Positions 1-9,484 are shown, counted from the first letter of the stretch. The stretch is DNA of 52,186 bases from a virus (IMGVR_UViG_3300032334_000367:1-52186); one strand, 5' to 3'. The notes: generated by a model from the sequence alone, not told the origin. Made by a program: numbers and translations.

Positions 1-24
1 AACAACAATAAACTTATTCATAAT

Positions 25-699
25 TTAATCCCATAGTCCATCATAATACTTAGCAAACAAGCGACGACCATTATTGATGCGCTCTTGATGCTTCTTCATA
101 CCGTCAGAATCAACCTTGAAAGTATGTTTGGGTCCATCAACCAACCGTGTATATGTTGACCCTTCAACTTTCTCAGAGCGCATGTCAATCTCACCGCTAT
201 AGTAGCTATTTTCCCATTCGTTGTTATCTTGCTCAAATGCCCAAATCATTTCGTCCATAACCCATTCCCAACGTAGGAAATGATTGCCATCAGTATCCCA
301 TTCATTTTCTTTCGGTGGTGCCACAGTAGAGCGCAGGTTTTCGGGAACATCCTCATCATCTGTCCATGGTGCACCGTGCTTGTTTTCTTTTAGTTGCTTG
401 AGCATAGGAACAACAATCAAAGAAAGAGTGCTGTTCATATTCCAGGTATCATAGTTGTCAAGATTAATCACGACATTGCGCTTACGCTTGCTGTCGATCC
501 ACTGGCAAAAACGCAGCAGCAAAGAAGGATTGGTATTTTTACCCAACCATTGGTCAGGTTCCTTGACATAGTCGCCAGAAAGCCAGCGCCCCAATTTATG
601 CACGGAATCATCTTCATGCTTGTTCTTCCAGAAGAGAATCTTTTCTGCAATCTGGTACGGACCGATGAAGTCTTTATATGGACCAATTTTTACGCGCAT
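25..699 (-). CDS. Hypothetical phage protein (Trp/Asp-rich)
   Basis: 224-aa ORF with its own sigma70-like promoter (734-762); no motif recognised. Confidence 0.75.
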   Translation of the reverse strand: MRVKIGPYKDFIGPYQIAEKILFWKNKHEDDSVHKLGRWLSGDYVKEPDQWLGKNTNPSLLLRFCQWIDSKRKRNVVINLDNYDTWNMNSTLSLIVVPMLKQLKENKHGAPWTDDEDVPENLRSTVAPPKENEWDTDGNHFLRWEWVMDEMIWAFEQDNNEWENSYYSGEIDMRSEKVEGSTYTRLVDGPKHTFKVDSDGMKKHQERINNGRRLFAKYYDGLWD

Positions 700-733
700 A
701 AGAATACCTCACAATTCTACAACTTATAGAACT

Positions 734-796
734 ATTATACCCTCAGAGGGGCTAAAAGGCAAAAGATTATTTCTTCAATGAAATCAACAACTTACG
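734..796 (-). promoter_or_regulatory. Composite early promoter: IHF-like box + TTGCCT-N17-TATAAT
   Basis: -10 at 734-739, -35 at 757-762, AATCAACAACTTA at 782-794 (+ strand). Confidence 0.75.
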
Positions 797-1322
797 GCAT
801 CCCGTTTAAACGTTCTTGAACAGAAATAACCATACCATATTGAGGTCTAGGTGGAGGCGTCTTCACCACTTCTATTTTCGCAGATTTAAGCGTATTAATA
901 CCAGTATCATCTCTATAATCATGCTGATAATAGACTTTTTCAATTCCGCTTGCAATAATCATTTTAGCGCAATCTGCGCAAGGTGCATGCGTAATGAAAA
1001 TGGTTGCACCCTTAGTTGAGTCGCCAGATGCTGCGACCTTGGCAATTGCATTAATCTCAGCGTGAATAACTTCAGGTTTAGTTACCCATGAAACTCTTTT
1101 GATTATGTATGGTGGACTGCCTTCATCTAAAATCCATTCTTGTTCTTTTTCAACTGTATTCTCACAGTTATTGTCGAAACCTTTCGGCATTCCATTATAA
1201 CCATATGATAAGATGCGGTCATCTTTTACAATGACCGCACCTACCTGTAGACGCCTAGCATGAGAGAGTTCAGCAACTCTCTCAGCAGTTTCAGCATAAA
1301 ATTTTATAAATTTATACTTCAC
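792..1322 (-). CDS. cd: dCMP deaminase (ComEB/T4 cd family)
   Basis: HAEINAI and PCADC zinc motifs; VGAVIV..GYNG. Confidence 0.93.
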   Translation of the reverse strand: MKYKFIKFYAETAERVAELSHARRLQVGAVIVKDDRILSYGYNGMPKGFDNNCENTVEKEQEWILDEGSPPYIIKRVSWVTKPEVIHAEINAIAKVAASGDSTKGATIFITHAPCADCAKMIIASGIEKVYYQHDYRDDTGINTLKSAKIEVVKTPPPRPQYGMVISVQERLNGMP

Positions 1323-1324
1323 AT

Positions 1325-1747
1325 TTATGCCTTATTGATCGCTATCTTGCGAGGCTTCTGCTCTTCAGGAATTACATTATGCAATTCGACAGAAAGAATT
1401 CCATCAGCAAGATTTGCGTTACCGACAACGACAGTATCTGCTAGAACAAAGCGACGTTCAAAAGAACGACCAGCAATACCCTTAATCAAATAAGTGCGTT
1501 CATCGGTTTCTTCCTTCTTGCCTGAGATCTTCAGTAGATTCTTTTCTGCCTGGATTTCAACTTCATCTAGTTTGTATCCAGCAATTGCAAGTTCAACGAC
1601 GAAATTATAGTCGTCGACGCGAACAACGTTGGCTGGCGGGAATGCCACATTAGATGAATTTAGGACATCTGATGCATGATCGAGAATATCGAACATACGT
1701 TCAAATCCTAGAGCCGATGGTAGGAAACGATTGTATTGATTACCCAT
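1325..1747 (-). CDS. hsp20: Small heat shock protein Hsp20/IbpA-like
   Basis: FPPANV..ELAIAGY..KGIAGRSFERRF..DGILSV alpha-crystallin domain. Confidence 0.93.
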   Translation of the reverse strand: MGNQYNRFLPSALGFERMFDILDHASDVLNSSNVAFPPANVVRVDDYNFVVELAIAGYKLDEVEIQAEKNLLKISGKKEETDERTYLIKGIAGRSFERRFVLADTVVVGNANLADGILSVELHNVIPEEQKPRKIAINKA

Positions 1748-1801
1748 ATATTAATACTCCTTTTTAAGCAAGTTAAAATACTGAGCCCATATGGCACTCA
1801 G
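1748..1801 (-). promoter_or_regulatory. ROSE-like RNA thermometer in the hsp20 5' UTR
   Basis: ACUUGCUU-AAA-AAGGAGU hairpin pairs UUGCU (bulged G) with the SD; a second hairpin lies at 1781-1801. Confidence 0.65.
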
Positions 1802-1806
1802 CGGTT

Positions 1807-2361
1807 TTATGACCCAGTGGAACCGAACCCGCCAGTTCTATTCATAAAAGGCTCCGGACGCGAGTCCGTTTCAACAAATGCGAAGGTTTCATTCTTCACA
1901 ATTTCTGCTTGGCAGATTCGTTCGTGCAGCTGGATCTTCTGCACAACTTTCGATGTATTAACCATAAGAGCGTACACTTGCTCCTGATAGTCAATATCTA
2001 CAACACCCTCGCTATTTGCGAGAATCAATCCGCGTTTTAATGCCATCCCTGAACGAGCATGGAGGCGAATTGAGTAGGTGCGAGAAATATGTAAATCTCT
2101 TACTGGAACATCAATCTTAAAGATTAATCCAGTAGGAACTAGCAAACGCTCACCTGGATATATAGTCAACTCTCGCGAATCTTTCGGAAGAAATCTCTTA
2201 ATTGGCGTATTATTTTCATCATACCCAGAGACTACATCACTAGCGGGAGAAAAAGTTAAATCGAAACAGGTCGAACCATTAGTACCCCAAACTGGTGTTG
2301 GGACATCAGGCGACATCTTATAAAATTTCAAATTACAATTATTAGCACCTTCTACATACAT
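1807..2361 (-). CDS. dut: dUTPase (trimeric family)
   Basis: ARSG, GVVDIDY, ERICQ and C-terminal RTGGFGSTG motifs. Confidence 0.93.
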   Translation of the reverse strand: MYVEGANNCNLKFYKMSPDVPTPVWGTNGSTCFDLTFSPASDVVSGYDENNTPIKRFLPKDSRELTIYPGERLLVPTGLIFKIDVPVRDLHISRTYSIRLHARSGMALKRGLILANSEGVVDIDYQEQVYALMVNTSKVVQKIQLHERICQAEIVKNETFAFVETDSRPEPFMNRTGGFGSTGS

Positions 2362-2367
2362 AATATT

Positions 2368-2937
2368 TTATCTCTTTATTTCTGTTATCCAACAACCATT
2401 ATTCCATGGATCAGCATAATTGCCGACACCAAAGACATCATCAACTGCTTTTCTAATTGGCGGTGCCCAACCATAATCATGTCCAGCTAAAACACCACCA
2501 TTTTTAACTTTAGGTAGCCAAGCGATAATGTCACGCTTAACTCCTTCATAAGTATGATCAGCATCAATGAATACGAAATCTAGGCTTCCATCTTCATATA
2601 AACTAGCAGCTTCTGCAGAATCCATCCTAATCGGATTAATTATCTCTTTAACTGGAGAAATATTACTGATGAATGTTTCATAGAGAGTGCCGCTTACAAT
2701 TTCTTGTATTTCGTTATGTTCACCCTCAGTTCCCACCCAAGTATCGATACAATCGAATTTAATATTTTTGCCAGAATTTACAATTTCTACTGCCATGTAT
2801 GCAGAAGATTTTCCTTTCCAAGATCCAACCTCAACAAAATGACTTTCTGTTGAAAATTCGCTAACCATAAAAGAATATAGAGTTGGGTATGTAAACCAGT
2901 CCTCGCCCATGTGAGGTAAATGATAAAAGTGTTCCAT
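2368..2937 (-). CDS. Class I SAM-dependent methyltransferase (Methyltransf_24-like)
   Basis: VEVGSWKGKS, FVFIDADHTYE, GGVLAGHDY; start re-called at MEHF (2937), just after the regA stop. Confidence 0.85.
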   Translation of the reverse strand: MEHFYHLPHMGEDWFTYPTLYSFMVSEFSTESHFVEVGSWKGKSSAYMAVEIVNSGKNIKFDCIDTWVGTEGEHNEIQEIVSGTLYETFISNISPVKEIINPIRMDSAEAASLYEDGSLDFVFIDADHTYEGVKRDIIAWLPKVKNGGVLAGHDYGWAPPIRKAVDDVFGVGNYADPWNNGCWITEIKR

Positions 2938-2938
2938 G

Positions 2939-3340
2939 CTATTCCTCTCTTTTTTTCTTTCCAATATTGTACTTAGCAACCAATTCCCAATCATTCTTAT
3001 CCTTGTGTGCAATAATCTTAATTTGGGAAAGAGGAGCTCTTAGTTCTTCAATTCTTTCTGGGGAAACAATCTTAATTAGACCCCATTCTGAGAGAAGGTT
3101 AATGATGGTGTTGCGACGAGCAACATCATTCTCAACAATGCTTGATGGCTTACCATCCAAAGCAAATAGTTCTTTAAAGTGTACAATATAATACTTACCC
3201 TGCTTATGCAGGATATGGCAAGATTGGTAAAGTACATTTTCTTTTTTAGCAGCAACGCCGATTCGAGTAAGAGTTTCGCGAATTTTTAGGAAATCGTCTT
3301 TCTCGGCTAGAGTAACTTCGATTAAATTTTCCACACTCAT
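2939..3340 (-). CDS. regA: Translational repressor RegA
   Basis: DDFLKIRETLTRIG, LYQSCHILHKQGKYYIVHFKELF signature; synteny. Confidence 0.96.
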   Translation of the reverse strand: MSVENLIEVTLAEKDDFLKIRETLTRIGVAAKKENVLYQSCHILHKQGKYYIVHFKELFALDGKPSSIVENDVARRNTIINLLSEWGLIKIVSPERIEELRAPLSQIKIIAHKDKNDWELVAKYNIGKKKREE

Positions 3341-3342
3341 AT

Positions 3343-3723
3343 TTAATCACCTATAGTTGTTTTAATTCTAATAGAGGTGATCTGTTCTTCAGTTAAAAGT
3401 TTGATAGCTTCTCTAGCTTTTCTATCAGAATAACCAAAAAATAACTTAATAGCTTCCAGATCACTTTGCTTTTCAGGCTTAAACCATTTAGCAAATGGTC
3501 TTTTTGATGCCCGTATGCTATTTATAAGATAGTCATATTGCGCTCTACTGTGCAACTGGTAGTTTTTATTCATTTCGTTGGCAAACATTACACAATCAAC
3601 ATAATTAGATAGTGCTTTATTTACAACATATGAATTATATTCTTTAATCGAATCATCATCAGTTAGAACATCTTGCTTTGTGTTGAGTATACTTGGGATA
3701 ATATCCTTAAATAAATCTGTCAT
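3343..3723 (-). CDS. gp62: Clamp loader small subunit gp62
   Basis: YVVNKALS..ANEMN..QYDYL..FGYS..KAREA; start re-called at MTDLF (3723). Confidence 0.88.
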   Translation of the reverse strand: MTDLFKDIIPSILNTKQDVLTDDDSIKEYNSYVVNKALSNYVDCVMFANEMNKNYQLHSRAQYDYLINSIRASKRPFAKWFKPEKQSDLEAIKLFFGYSDRKAREAIKLLTEEQITSIRIKTTIGD

Positions 3724-4024
3724 ATACTTCCTTTGTATTTCGATTCTTTCGATTATTTTTCTTTCTATTATCCCAACACTCAATACAAACAGACTCAAAA
3801 TCATATTCTGGATGAGATGGGATTTGGTTTTTACGCTTAGATTTGGATTTTGCGTAGAAATAATCGATAGGCAATAACTTAATACATTCAGAACAATTTT
3901 TCTCAATCAGCATATAGTTAAAGCCGAACGCTTCAGTAAAGAAGTTATTCGTGTTTGCAACTGGCTCAGAAGAAACTTTACGCCAAACACGAGCCAAATT
4001 ATGCTTTCTGGCTTTGATTGGCAT
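3707..4024 (-). CDS. Small basic Zn-ribbon protein (CxxC..CxxC)
   Basis: CSEC and CIEC pairs; overlaps both gp44 and gp62. Confidence 0.6.
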   Translation of the reverse strand: MPIKARKHNLARVWRKVSSEPVANTNNFFTEAFGFNYMLIEKNCSECIKLLPIDYFYAKSKSKRKNQIPSHPEYDFESVCIECWDNRKKNNRKNRNTKEVYDRFI

Positions 4025-4965
4025 TATTGCACCTCACACTCAATCATCATTTCGGTGAGGAATGCTAATAAATTAATTTCCTGATCAGCCACAAATGCAG
4101 ACTGATACTGATATTTTGCCAGAAGAATTACTGCCATTGGAATAGTATCTTTCTTCAGGTTCTCATACAATCCATCATAGATTTCACGATAGATTAGATT
4201 GGCATCATTATCAGAATTTGAGGCAATCCACTTACGGATCTCAGTAAAGTTTTTTTCTTTGAGAAGCCCCATCAATTCCTTGATTCGAGTATTAGTATTG
4301 ACAGACAAGATACCTGTATCTACCTTACCTGAAACAGAATACCGCTGGAGTTCATTTAGAACTCGACGATAGTCTGGGAAATACTTGCTGACGACTTCAG
4401 CAATTACCTTACCTTCATAATCGATCTTCTCAGTCTTAAGAATCTGCTCGATACGCTTGAAGAAGGCAGTTGCCATCTTAGCCTTATCGCCATTCTTTAA
4501 CTTAAAGTCGATGATTGCACAACGCGAGTGGAGCGGCTGGATGATTCGATTCTTGAAGTTGCAGGTAAAGATAAAAGAACAATTACCCGAGAACTCTTCA
4601 ATAACTCCGCGGAAAGCTGCCTGAGCGTTTGGCGTCAGATAGTCAGCCTCATCGATAATAATAACCTTACGACCACCCATCAACGAAACAGATGAGGCAA
4701 ACCCCTTCACTTTCACACGCAGAGTGTCAATGCCTGACTCATCTGAGCCGTTGATTAGGATATAGTCGCAACCAATTTCTTCACACATGGCTCGAGCGAC
4801 GGTAGTTTTACCGACACCTGCCGAGCCAGTGAGAATCATATTTGGAATTTCTTTCTTCTTAACGTACTCGAGAAATGGCTTCTTCAGACTATCTGGAAGA
4901 ACGCACTCATCAATGGTGCCAGGACGATACTTTTCAACCCACAAAATCATATCATTATCATTCAT
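4024..4965 (-). CDS. gp44: Clamp loader large subunit gp44 (AAA+, RFC-like)
   Basis: LWVEKYRP, GSAGVGKTT, IIDEAD, SRC. Confidence 0.96.
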   Translation of the reverse strand: MNDNDMILWVEKYRPGTIDECVLPDSLKKPFLEYVKKKEIPNMILTGSAGVGKTTVARAMCEEIGCDYILINGSDESGIDTLRVKVKGFASSVSLMGGRKVIIIDEADYLTPNAQAAFRGVIEEFSGNCSFIFTCNFKNRIIQPLHSRCAIIDFKLKNGDKAKMATAFFKRIEQILKTEKIDYEGKVIAEVVSKYFPDYRRVLNELQRYSVSGKVDTGILSVNTNTRIKELMGLLKEKNFTEIRKWIASNSDNDANLIYREIYDGLYENLKKDTIPMAVILLAKYQYQSAFVADQEINLLAFLTEMMIECEVQ

Positions 4966-4983
4966 AATATAAAACTCCTCAAA

Positions 4984-5241
4984 TCACTTATTTTCAAATA
5001 CGGTATCGTAAGTTTCGGCGAACTCAGTATCTTCCGCGATTACCTCCTGTACGTTACGCTTATGGTAAGCCTTTGCTAATTTACGAGCCATCTTTGGTGG
5101 GATCTCATATTCATCTTTAAGATCAACAAAGATGTCTTTGACTAAGTCTCGTTCAGCAGAGACTCGAGTCCAAGAGTTGCTAATTTCAGTAAACCTATTT
5201 TTGATTTCCTGCAGGTCAGTAGGAGTATAGCCACGTGCCAT
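4984..5241 (-). CDS. Small dsDNA-binding protein (T4 DsbA-like)
   Basis: 85 aa helical protein, KLAKAYHK motif, located in the replication module. Confidence 0.55.
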   Translation of the reverse strand: MARGYTPTDLQEIKNRFTEISNSWTRVSAERDLVKDIFVDLKDEYEIPPKMARKLAKAYHKRNVQEVIAEDTEFAETYDTVFENK

Positions 5242-5243
5242 GA

Positions 5244-5915
5244 TTACTTACCAAAACTCGAGGAAGCCTGTTCGATGGCAATCCAGTAAGTCACATTCTT
5301 ATTAGTGAACTTGCTGACACCAATCGCAGAAACTTTAACATCATATGCACCAGGAATGACCTTGAGGTTTTCAATTTTAAGAACTGCCTGGAATGAAATA
5401 TCCGAGCTGCCATCGACCTTAACGCTAGCGTCGTCGACGATCTCACCCTTAACGTCCATTGCCCAAATATTAATATCCTGACCCTTACCGTCACACTTTA
5501 CAACAACGTTGGGACACTTGAGGATAGATGCAGTGCTGAAAATCCAGCTCAGCACTTCTGCTGAAAGATTAAACTTAACATCGTAATCAGGAATATTGAT
5601 ATTCTTATTCGGAGGAGTGAGAATAAGAGCTGCTGGAGTATAGCGAAGGCGAACCTTACCTACCGAACGGCAAACAAGGAATTCTTTTTCAAACTCAACT
5701 TCTGCGCCAGTCTTATTCTGTGAAAGAATACCCAGCATCTTGTTGAGATCGTAGATACCAAACTCATTGGGAAACGATTCCTCAACGGTGGCTTCTGCGA
5801 GAATAGCCTTGTTAGACGAAATGGTACGAAGAATGCTTCCTGGCTTTACAACAAGCCCTTGATTGATAGAAGCGAAGTTCTTAAGAACCGACAATGTATT
5901 ATCACTTAGTTTCAT
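5244..5915 (-). CDS. gp45: Sliding clamp gp45
   Basis: MKLS..LKNFASIN, FGIYDL..L, YWIAIE; synteny with gp44. Confidence 0.95.
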   Translation of the reverse strand: MKLSDNTLSVLKNFASINQGLVVKPGSILRTISSNKAILAEATVEESFPNEFGIYDLNKMLGILSQNKTGAEVEFEKEFLVCRSVGKVRLRYTPAALILTPPNKNINIPDYDVKFNLSAEVLSWIFSTASILKCPNVVVKCDGKGQDINIWAMDVKGEIVDDASVKVDGSSDISFQAVLKIENLKVIPGAYDVKVSAIGVSKFTNKNVTYWIAIEQASSSFGK

Positions 5916-5931
5916 TTTATACCTCAAAAAT

Positions 5932-6570
5932 TTAAGTAGAACGATTATTATATACTAAATTGACCAAAGAGTCAACCTTTTCAATTAGGTCTTCTAGTGT
6001 GCTATTGTTAGCAATTTCAGCATCAATATCTGACCCAATCCAAGCCCATTCGCTGAAATGTACGTTGGGGTATTGTTCTGCCATACCGTAATAGTTGTTC
6101 TTTTTATTAACTTTAAGAGCAACATTGTACCATTCAGGCTCATCACCACGCTTCACTCGAATTACAATACCACCTGCTTCCCGAATGGCTTTAATTTCAT
6201 TCGGGAAACGAACATCAGCAATTACATAATTGTTCCAAGGTGCATTCTCGCACCGACGCAGAACAGTATGAACCCAGAGGTCAGGGTGAAATACATCACG
6301 TCCTGCCTCTGTGCCCATAAGTTGTAGAGCTAGTCTTGGGGAGAATGATTTACCAAGTTTCTCAGACCAGAACTTATCGTCCTGCTCTCTCCATGCTCGC
6401 GACTCGGGTGTATCGCCTTCAAGGAGAGCACGATCCCAGCCAAAAATAACTGAGACCGCATCCTTAACACTATTGGCAAAGCTTTCTTTAAAAAAGTCGT
6501 GTCGATCTACTAAAAGATCGGCAACGGCTCCCTTGCCTGCCCCAATAAAGCCAACTAGCCCTACTATCAA
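5932..6570 (-). CDS. gp1: dNMP kinase gp1
   Basis: GFIGAGKG, SFA, PRLALQLMGTE, DVRFPNE, HFSE; TTG start overlapping the upstream stop. Confidence 0.92.
   Translation of the reverse strand: MIVGLVGFIGAGKGAVADLLVDRHDFFKESFANSVKDAVSVIFGWDRALLEGDTPESRAWREQDDKFWSEKLGKSFSPRLALQLMGTEAGRDVFHPDLWVHTVLRRCENAPWNNYVIADVRFPNEIKAIREAGGIVIRVKRGDEPEWYNVALKVNKKNNYYGMAEQYPNVHFSEWAWIGSDIDAEIANNSTLEDLIEKVDSLVNLVYNNRST
5947..5975 (-). promoter_or_regulatory. sigma70-like promoter for gp45 (TTGACT-N17-TATAAT), inside the gp1 3' end
   Basis: Near-consensus hexamers with a 17-nt spacer. Confidence 0.7.
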
Positions 6571-7379
6571 AGAGCACCCACATAGTTGGCAACAGCTGCC
6601 ATATCACCAGTGAACGCATAGCTTCCGATGTGGTGAGTCTTCATCCATGGGCACAACCAAATCTTGCCACCCATGTTACGCCACCACTGACAGAACATAT
6701 AGTCTTCAGAGAGATAACGATCAGATCCTTTACCACCATTTTCAACTGTATCAATTACGGTATCGAAGTATGCATGGATGTAACGCGAACCATCAAAGTT
6801 TGCCTGACCAACATGGTCTGGTTTGTATCGAAGATTTGGATAGTTCTCTTCAAACTTAGCAAAAACCTCGCGCTTAACCATCATGAAACCAGTACCGATT
6901 TCCATAACTTCTAGAGGCTCACCAACATTAAACTGACCAGTACCAACTACAGCATTGAAGACATAATCTCCACAAACCTTTTCGAGTTCTGCTCCAGTGA
7001 TGTTTGGGTTACGCTTAACAGCTTCAACAACAGAACCCCACTTAATGGTTTTCTTTGGGTATGGTCCACCAATAACTTCCTTATCAATTGCCATCATAGC
7101 AATAACATCGCGAGGATCGAAGTGAATATCGCTGTCGATAAACAGGAGGTGGCTGAAGCCAGAACGTAGATACTCATCTACAAGATAATTACGAGCGCGA
7201 GTAATTAGGGATTCATTAAAGATAAATGAGAATCTAACTTCAATCCCATACTGAGAACATAGTGCCTGCAAATCAAGACACGACTTAGCATACATGCCAT
7301 GATTCACACCACCATACATTGGTGTGGCGACAAATAGTTTATTCTTGCGCAATGTTTCAACGGAAATTTCCAGCTTCAT
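6567..7379 (-). CDS. GT-A fold glycosyltransferase-like protein
   Basis: VATPMY, SLITRARN, FIDSD (DxD), GTGFMM, SEDYMFC. Confidence 0.75.
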   Translation of the reverse strand: MKLEISVETLRKNKLFVATPMYGGVNHGMYAKSCLDLQALCSQYGIEVRFSFIFNESLITRARNYLVDEYLRSGFSHLLFIDSDIHFDPRDVIAMMAIDKEVIGGPYPKKTIKWGSVVEAVKRNPNITGAELEKVCGDYVFNAVVGTGQFNVGEPLEVMEIGTGFMMVKREVFAKFEENYPNLRYKPDHVGQANFDGSRYIHAYFDTVIDTVENGGKGSDRYLSEDYMFCQWWRNMGGKIWLCPWMKTHHIGSYAFTGDMAAVANYVGAL

Positions 7380-7381
7380 TA

Positions 7382-7954
7382 TTATTCACTCCAGGTAAAA
7401 AAGTCTTTGACTGTATCAATAATCTTAGTTTGGTCATCGTAAGTTTCGTTGACCATTGTTTCTATATAGCCCATGAGAACTAGCGAACTACAAATATTTG
7501 AGATTTTCGTTTCACGGCTGTTCTTAAATTTATCGTCTTGATCGTCTTTTCTATCCACATGACGCTTCTCTTTCTCATCATGGGACGCCCTCAAAACTAG
7601 AACTTTAAAGTTTTCTTCTAGGACATTATCTGCAATATGTTCTAGAAATTTACCGTTGAATAAACGGTCACCTTCAAAAATCACATTGACCTTTTCAGCA
7701 TTTTGCCGCAAGTCATCAATAAACTTAACTGCATCAGGCTGAACAGCCATGCTTAGACGGTCAGTCCCTTGGAATACATTACCATCTTTTTCATATTTAC
7801 CTAGAATATAGGTGCGCAACTTTTCGCTGTATAGCGCATCAAGGAGTTTCTGAGGCTTGCAAACTTTCCAATCGTCAGCCATGGCAATGAGTTTAAAAAT
7901 TAATGTCGTTTTTCCTGTGGCAGGTTCACCACCCAATGCAATCACCTTAAGCAT
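7382..7954 (-). CDS. P-loop kinase, probable 5-hydroxymethyl-pyrimidine DNA kinase (5-HMUDK-like)
   Basis: GGEPATGKTT Walker A, GTDRLS, IFEGDRL; adjacent to the amino-acid:DNA transferase. Confidence 0.72.
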   Translation of the reverse strand: MLKVIALGGEPATGKTTLIFKLIAMADDWKVCKPQKLLDALYSEKLRTYILGKYEKDGNVFQGTDRLSMAVQPDAVKFIDDLRQNAEKVNVIFEGDRLFNGKFLEHIADNVLEENFKVLVLRASHDEKEKRHVDRKDDQDDKFKNSRETKISNICSSLVLMGYIETMVNETYDDQTKIIDTVKDFFTWSE

Positions 7955-8960
7955 AAAAAGCCTCCAAGCCAGTTGTCACTGGTTTTTCATCGTCAAACAT
8001 CCACTCTAATTTAGATATTCTACCTGAATTCAAGTAAGAAGTAAACATTTCTTTGTTAATATTTTTAACGCCAGCTAATGGTGGTTCAAGAGTTTCATTG
8101 CGAGCTTGCCATAAAACATTCCAATCAATACCATGCCAGCCATCTTTTTCTGCCTGTTGAATTTCTTCAGACTGTCTATCAAGATAGTATCCCAAATATC
8201 TTCCATGATGTTCGCGGAAGATTTTCTTAAATGAGCAAAGGCAAGTTTCCATTGTAAAGAAATCAATCTCATCTCTCAATGATGGGAACCTAATTTTCAT
8301 CTCGATGAGAATATCTTGTGCATTTCCTTCAAGAATTCCATATTCCTTTGCAGTAAGTTTTGAATCATATTTGTCATCTTGCCCAAGCGCAAAATGTAAA
8401 CCATTACGATGTGAACGAGACCCAGAATAATCGTCCAACATAAGAGAAGTAGGCTCAACTCTAATATTAGCAGTGTGGTAAAGATGCTGGAGATAAAACC
8501 AAGTGGAATAACGACCAAACTTGTAAAGACCGTTTTTAATAGCTCCCCATAAATTGTCGAATGATTGGTGTTCGTTGTCTCCATAATAACTCTCCAAAGC
8601 TTCACGTTGAGATCTATTTCCAATAAATTTTTGATATGATTCGAACATCACGGGAAGATGTCCCTTGTTCCACTTGGTGTCAGTTTGATATCTTAATCGT
8701 TTATAGTTTTTTGTGTTCCACTGCGTGATTCTATCCACAGTAGCAAGTTCAAAGTCTGGGAATTCATTCTTCAGAACCCATGTGGTTGGAAGCTGATATG
8801 TATTACCATACAACCAGCAAATCCAAATTCTTTCTTCGTCGTTGTGTTCATATCTTTTATTAAGATAGTTTGTAAGCCATACAGCAGGGTCGCAATCTTT
8901 ATATTGCAGCGACCAAGCATACCACCGAATAAATTGTTCTAGACGTTCTTTATTAATCAT
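7947..8960 (-). CDS. Amino-acid:DNA transferase (aGPT-Pplase2/ADDT, HhH-glycosylase fold)
   Basis: DCDP, FGRYSTWFY and METCLCSFKK motifs typical of the family; gene context. Confidence 0.72.
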   Translation of the reverse strand: MINKERLEQFIRWYAWSLQYKDCDPAVWLTNYLNKRYEHNDEERIWICWLYGNTYQLPTTWVLKNEFPDFELATVDRITQWNTKNYKRLRYQTDTKWNKGHLPVMFESYQKFIGNRSQREALESYYGDNEHQSFDNLWGAIKNGLYKFGRYSTWFYLQHLYHTANIRVEPTSLMLDDYSGSRSHRNGLHFALGQDDKYDSKLTAKEYGILEGNAQDILIEMKIRFPSLRDEIDFFTMETCLCSFKKIFREHHGRYLGYYLDRQSEEIQQAEKDGWHGIDWNVLWQARNETLEPPLAGVKNINKEMFTSYLNSGRISKLEWMFDDEKPVTTGLEAFYA

Positions 8961-9484
8961 GATAACTCATCGAAAATTTCTGCGCAACCACCCTTACCCT
9001 TGCGGTAAATCGCCTTTCGTATTGTAGGGTCTGCAGTATCATATATTCCAGTGTTAATAGTTAAACCATTAATTCTAAAGATGCTTAGTTGACATTTGCT
9101 CTTTTGAGCGCACCAAAATTTAAATCCAATCTTTTTATAGAAAGCGACAGCATCAGGTTCTGCTGAAACTCTGAAATACTCAGCGTGTTTAGAAATAGAG
9201 TCATTAAAAGAATATTCGCAAAGATACTTACCGACTCCACGACCTCTAAATTTAGCAAAGGTGTGCAGTAGTTGTAGATTAGCAACATGCGGTGGACGTT
9301 TCGATATTGTGGTTATAATCGCTCCAGCTAACTCATCGTCAACAAACGCACCAAGACATTCAGACCATTGGTCTTGCATATTTGCTTTAGATACAAAAGT
9401 CTTTGCGAATGAATCAGCTTTATCTGAGCTAATAGCTGGAATAAATTCTTCTTTCGTTATCTTTCTGATGTCAAACAACGGCAT
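8957..9484 (-). CDS. GNAT-family acetyltransferase
   Basis: FRGRGVG acetyl-CoA motif A, AVAFYKKIGF motif B; start re-called at MPLFD. Confidence 0.85.
   Translation of the reverse strand: MPLFDIRKITKEEFIPAISSDKADSFAKTFVSKANMQDQWSECLGAFVDDELAGAIITTISKRPPHVANLQLLHTFAKFRGRGVGKYLCEYSFNDSISKHAEYFRVSAEPDAVAFYKKIGFKFWCAQKSKCQLSIFRINGLTINTGIYDTADPTIRKAIYRKGKGGCAEIFDELS

Noticed and set aside
2938-3906. Long N-terminal extensions in the ORF track (3012 and 3906; likewise 9559 and 16581)
   Set aside because: The extensions overlap upstream genes or promoters; downstream ATG starts fit family N-termini better.
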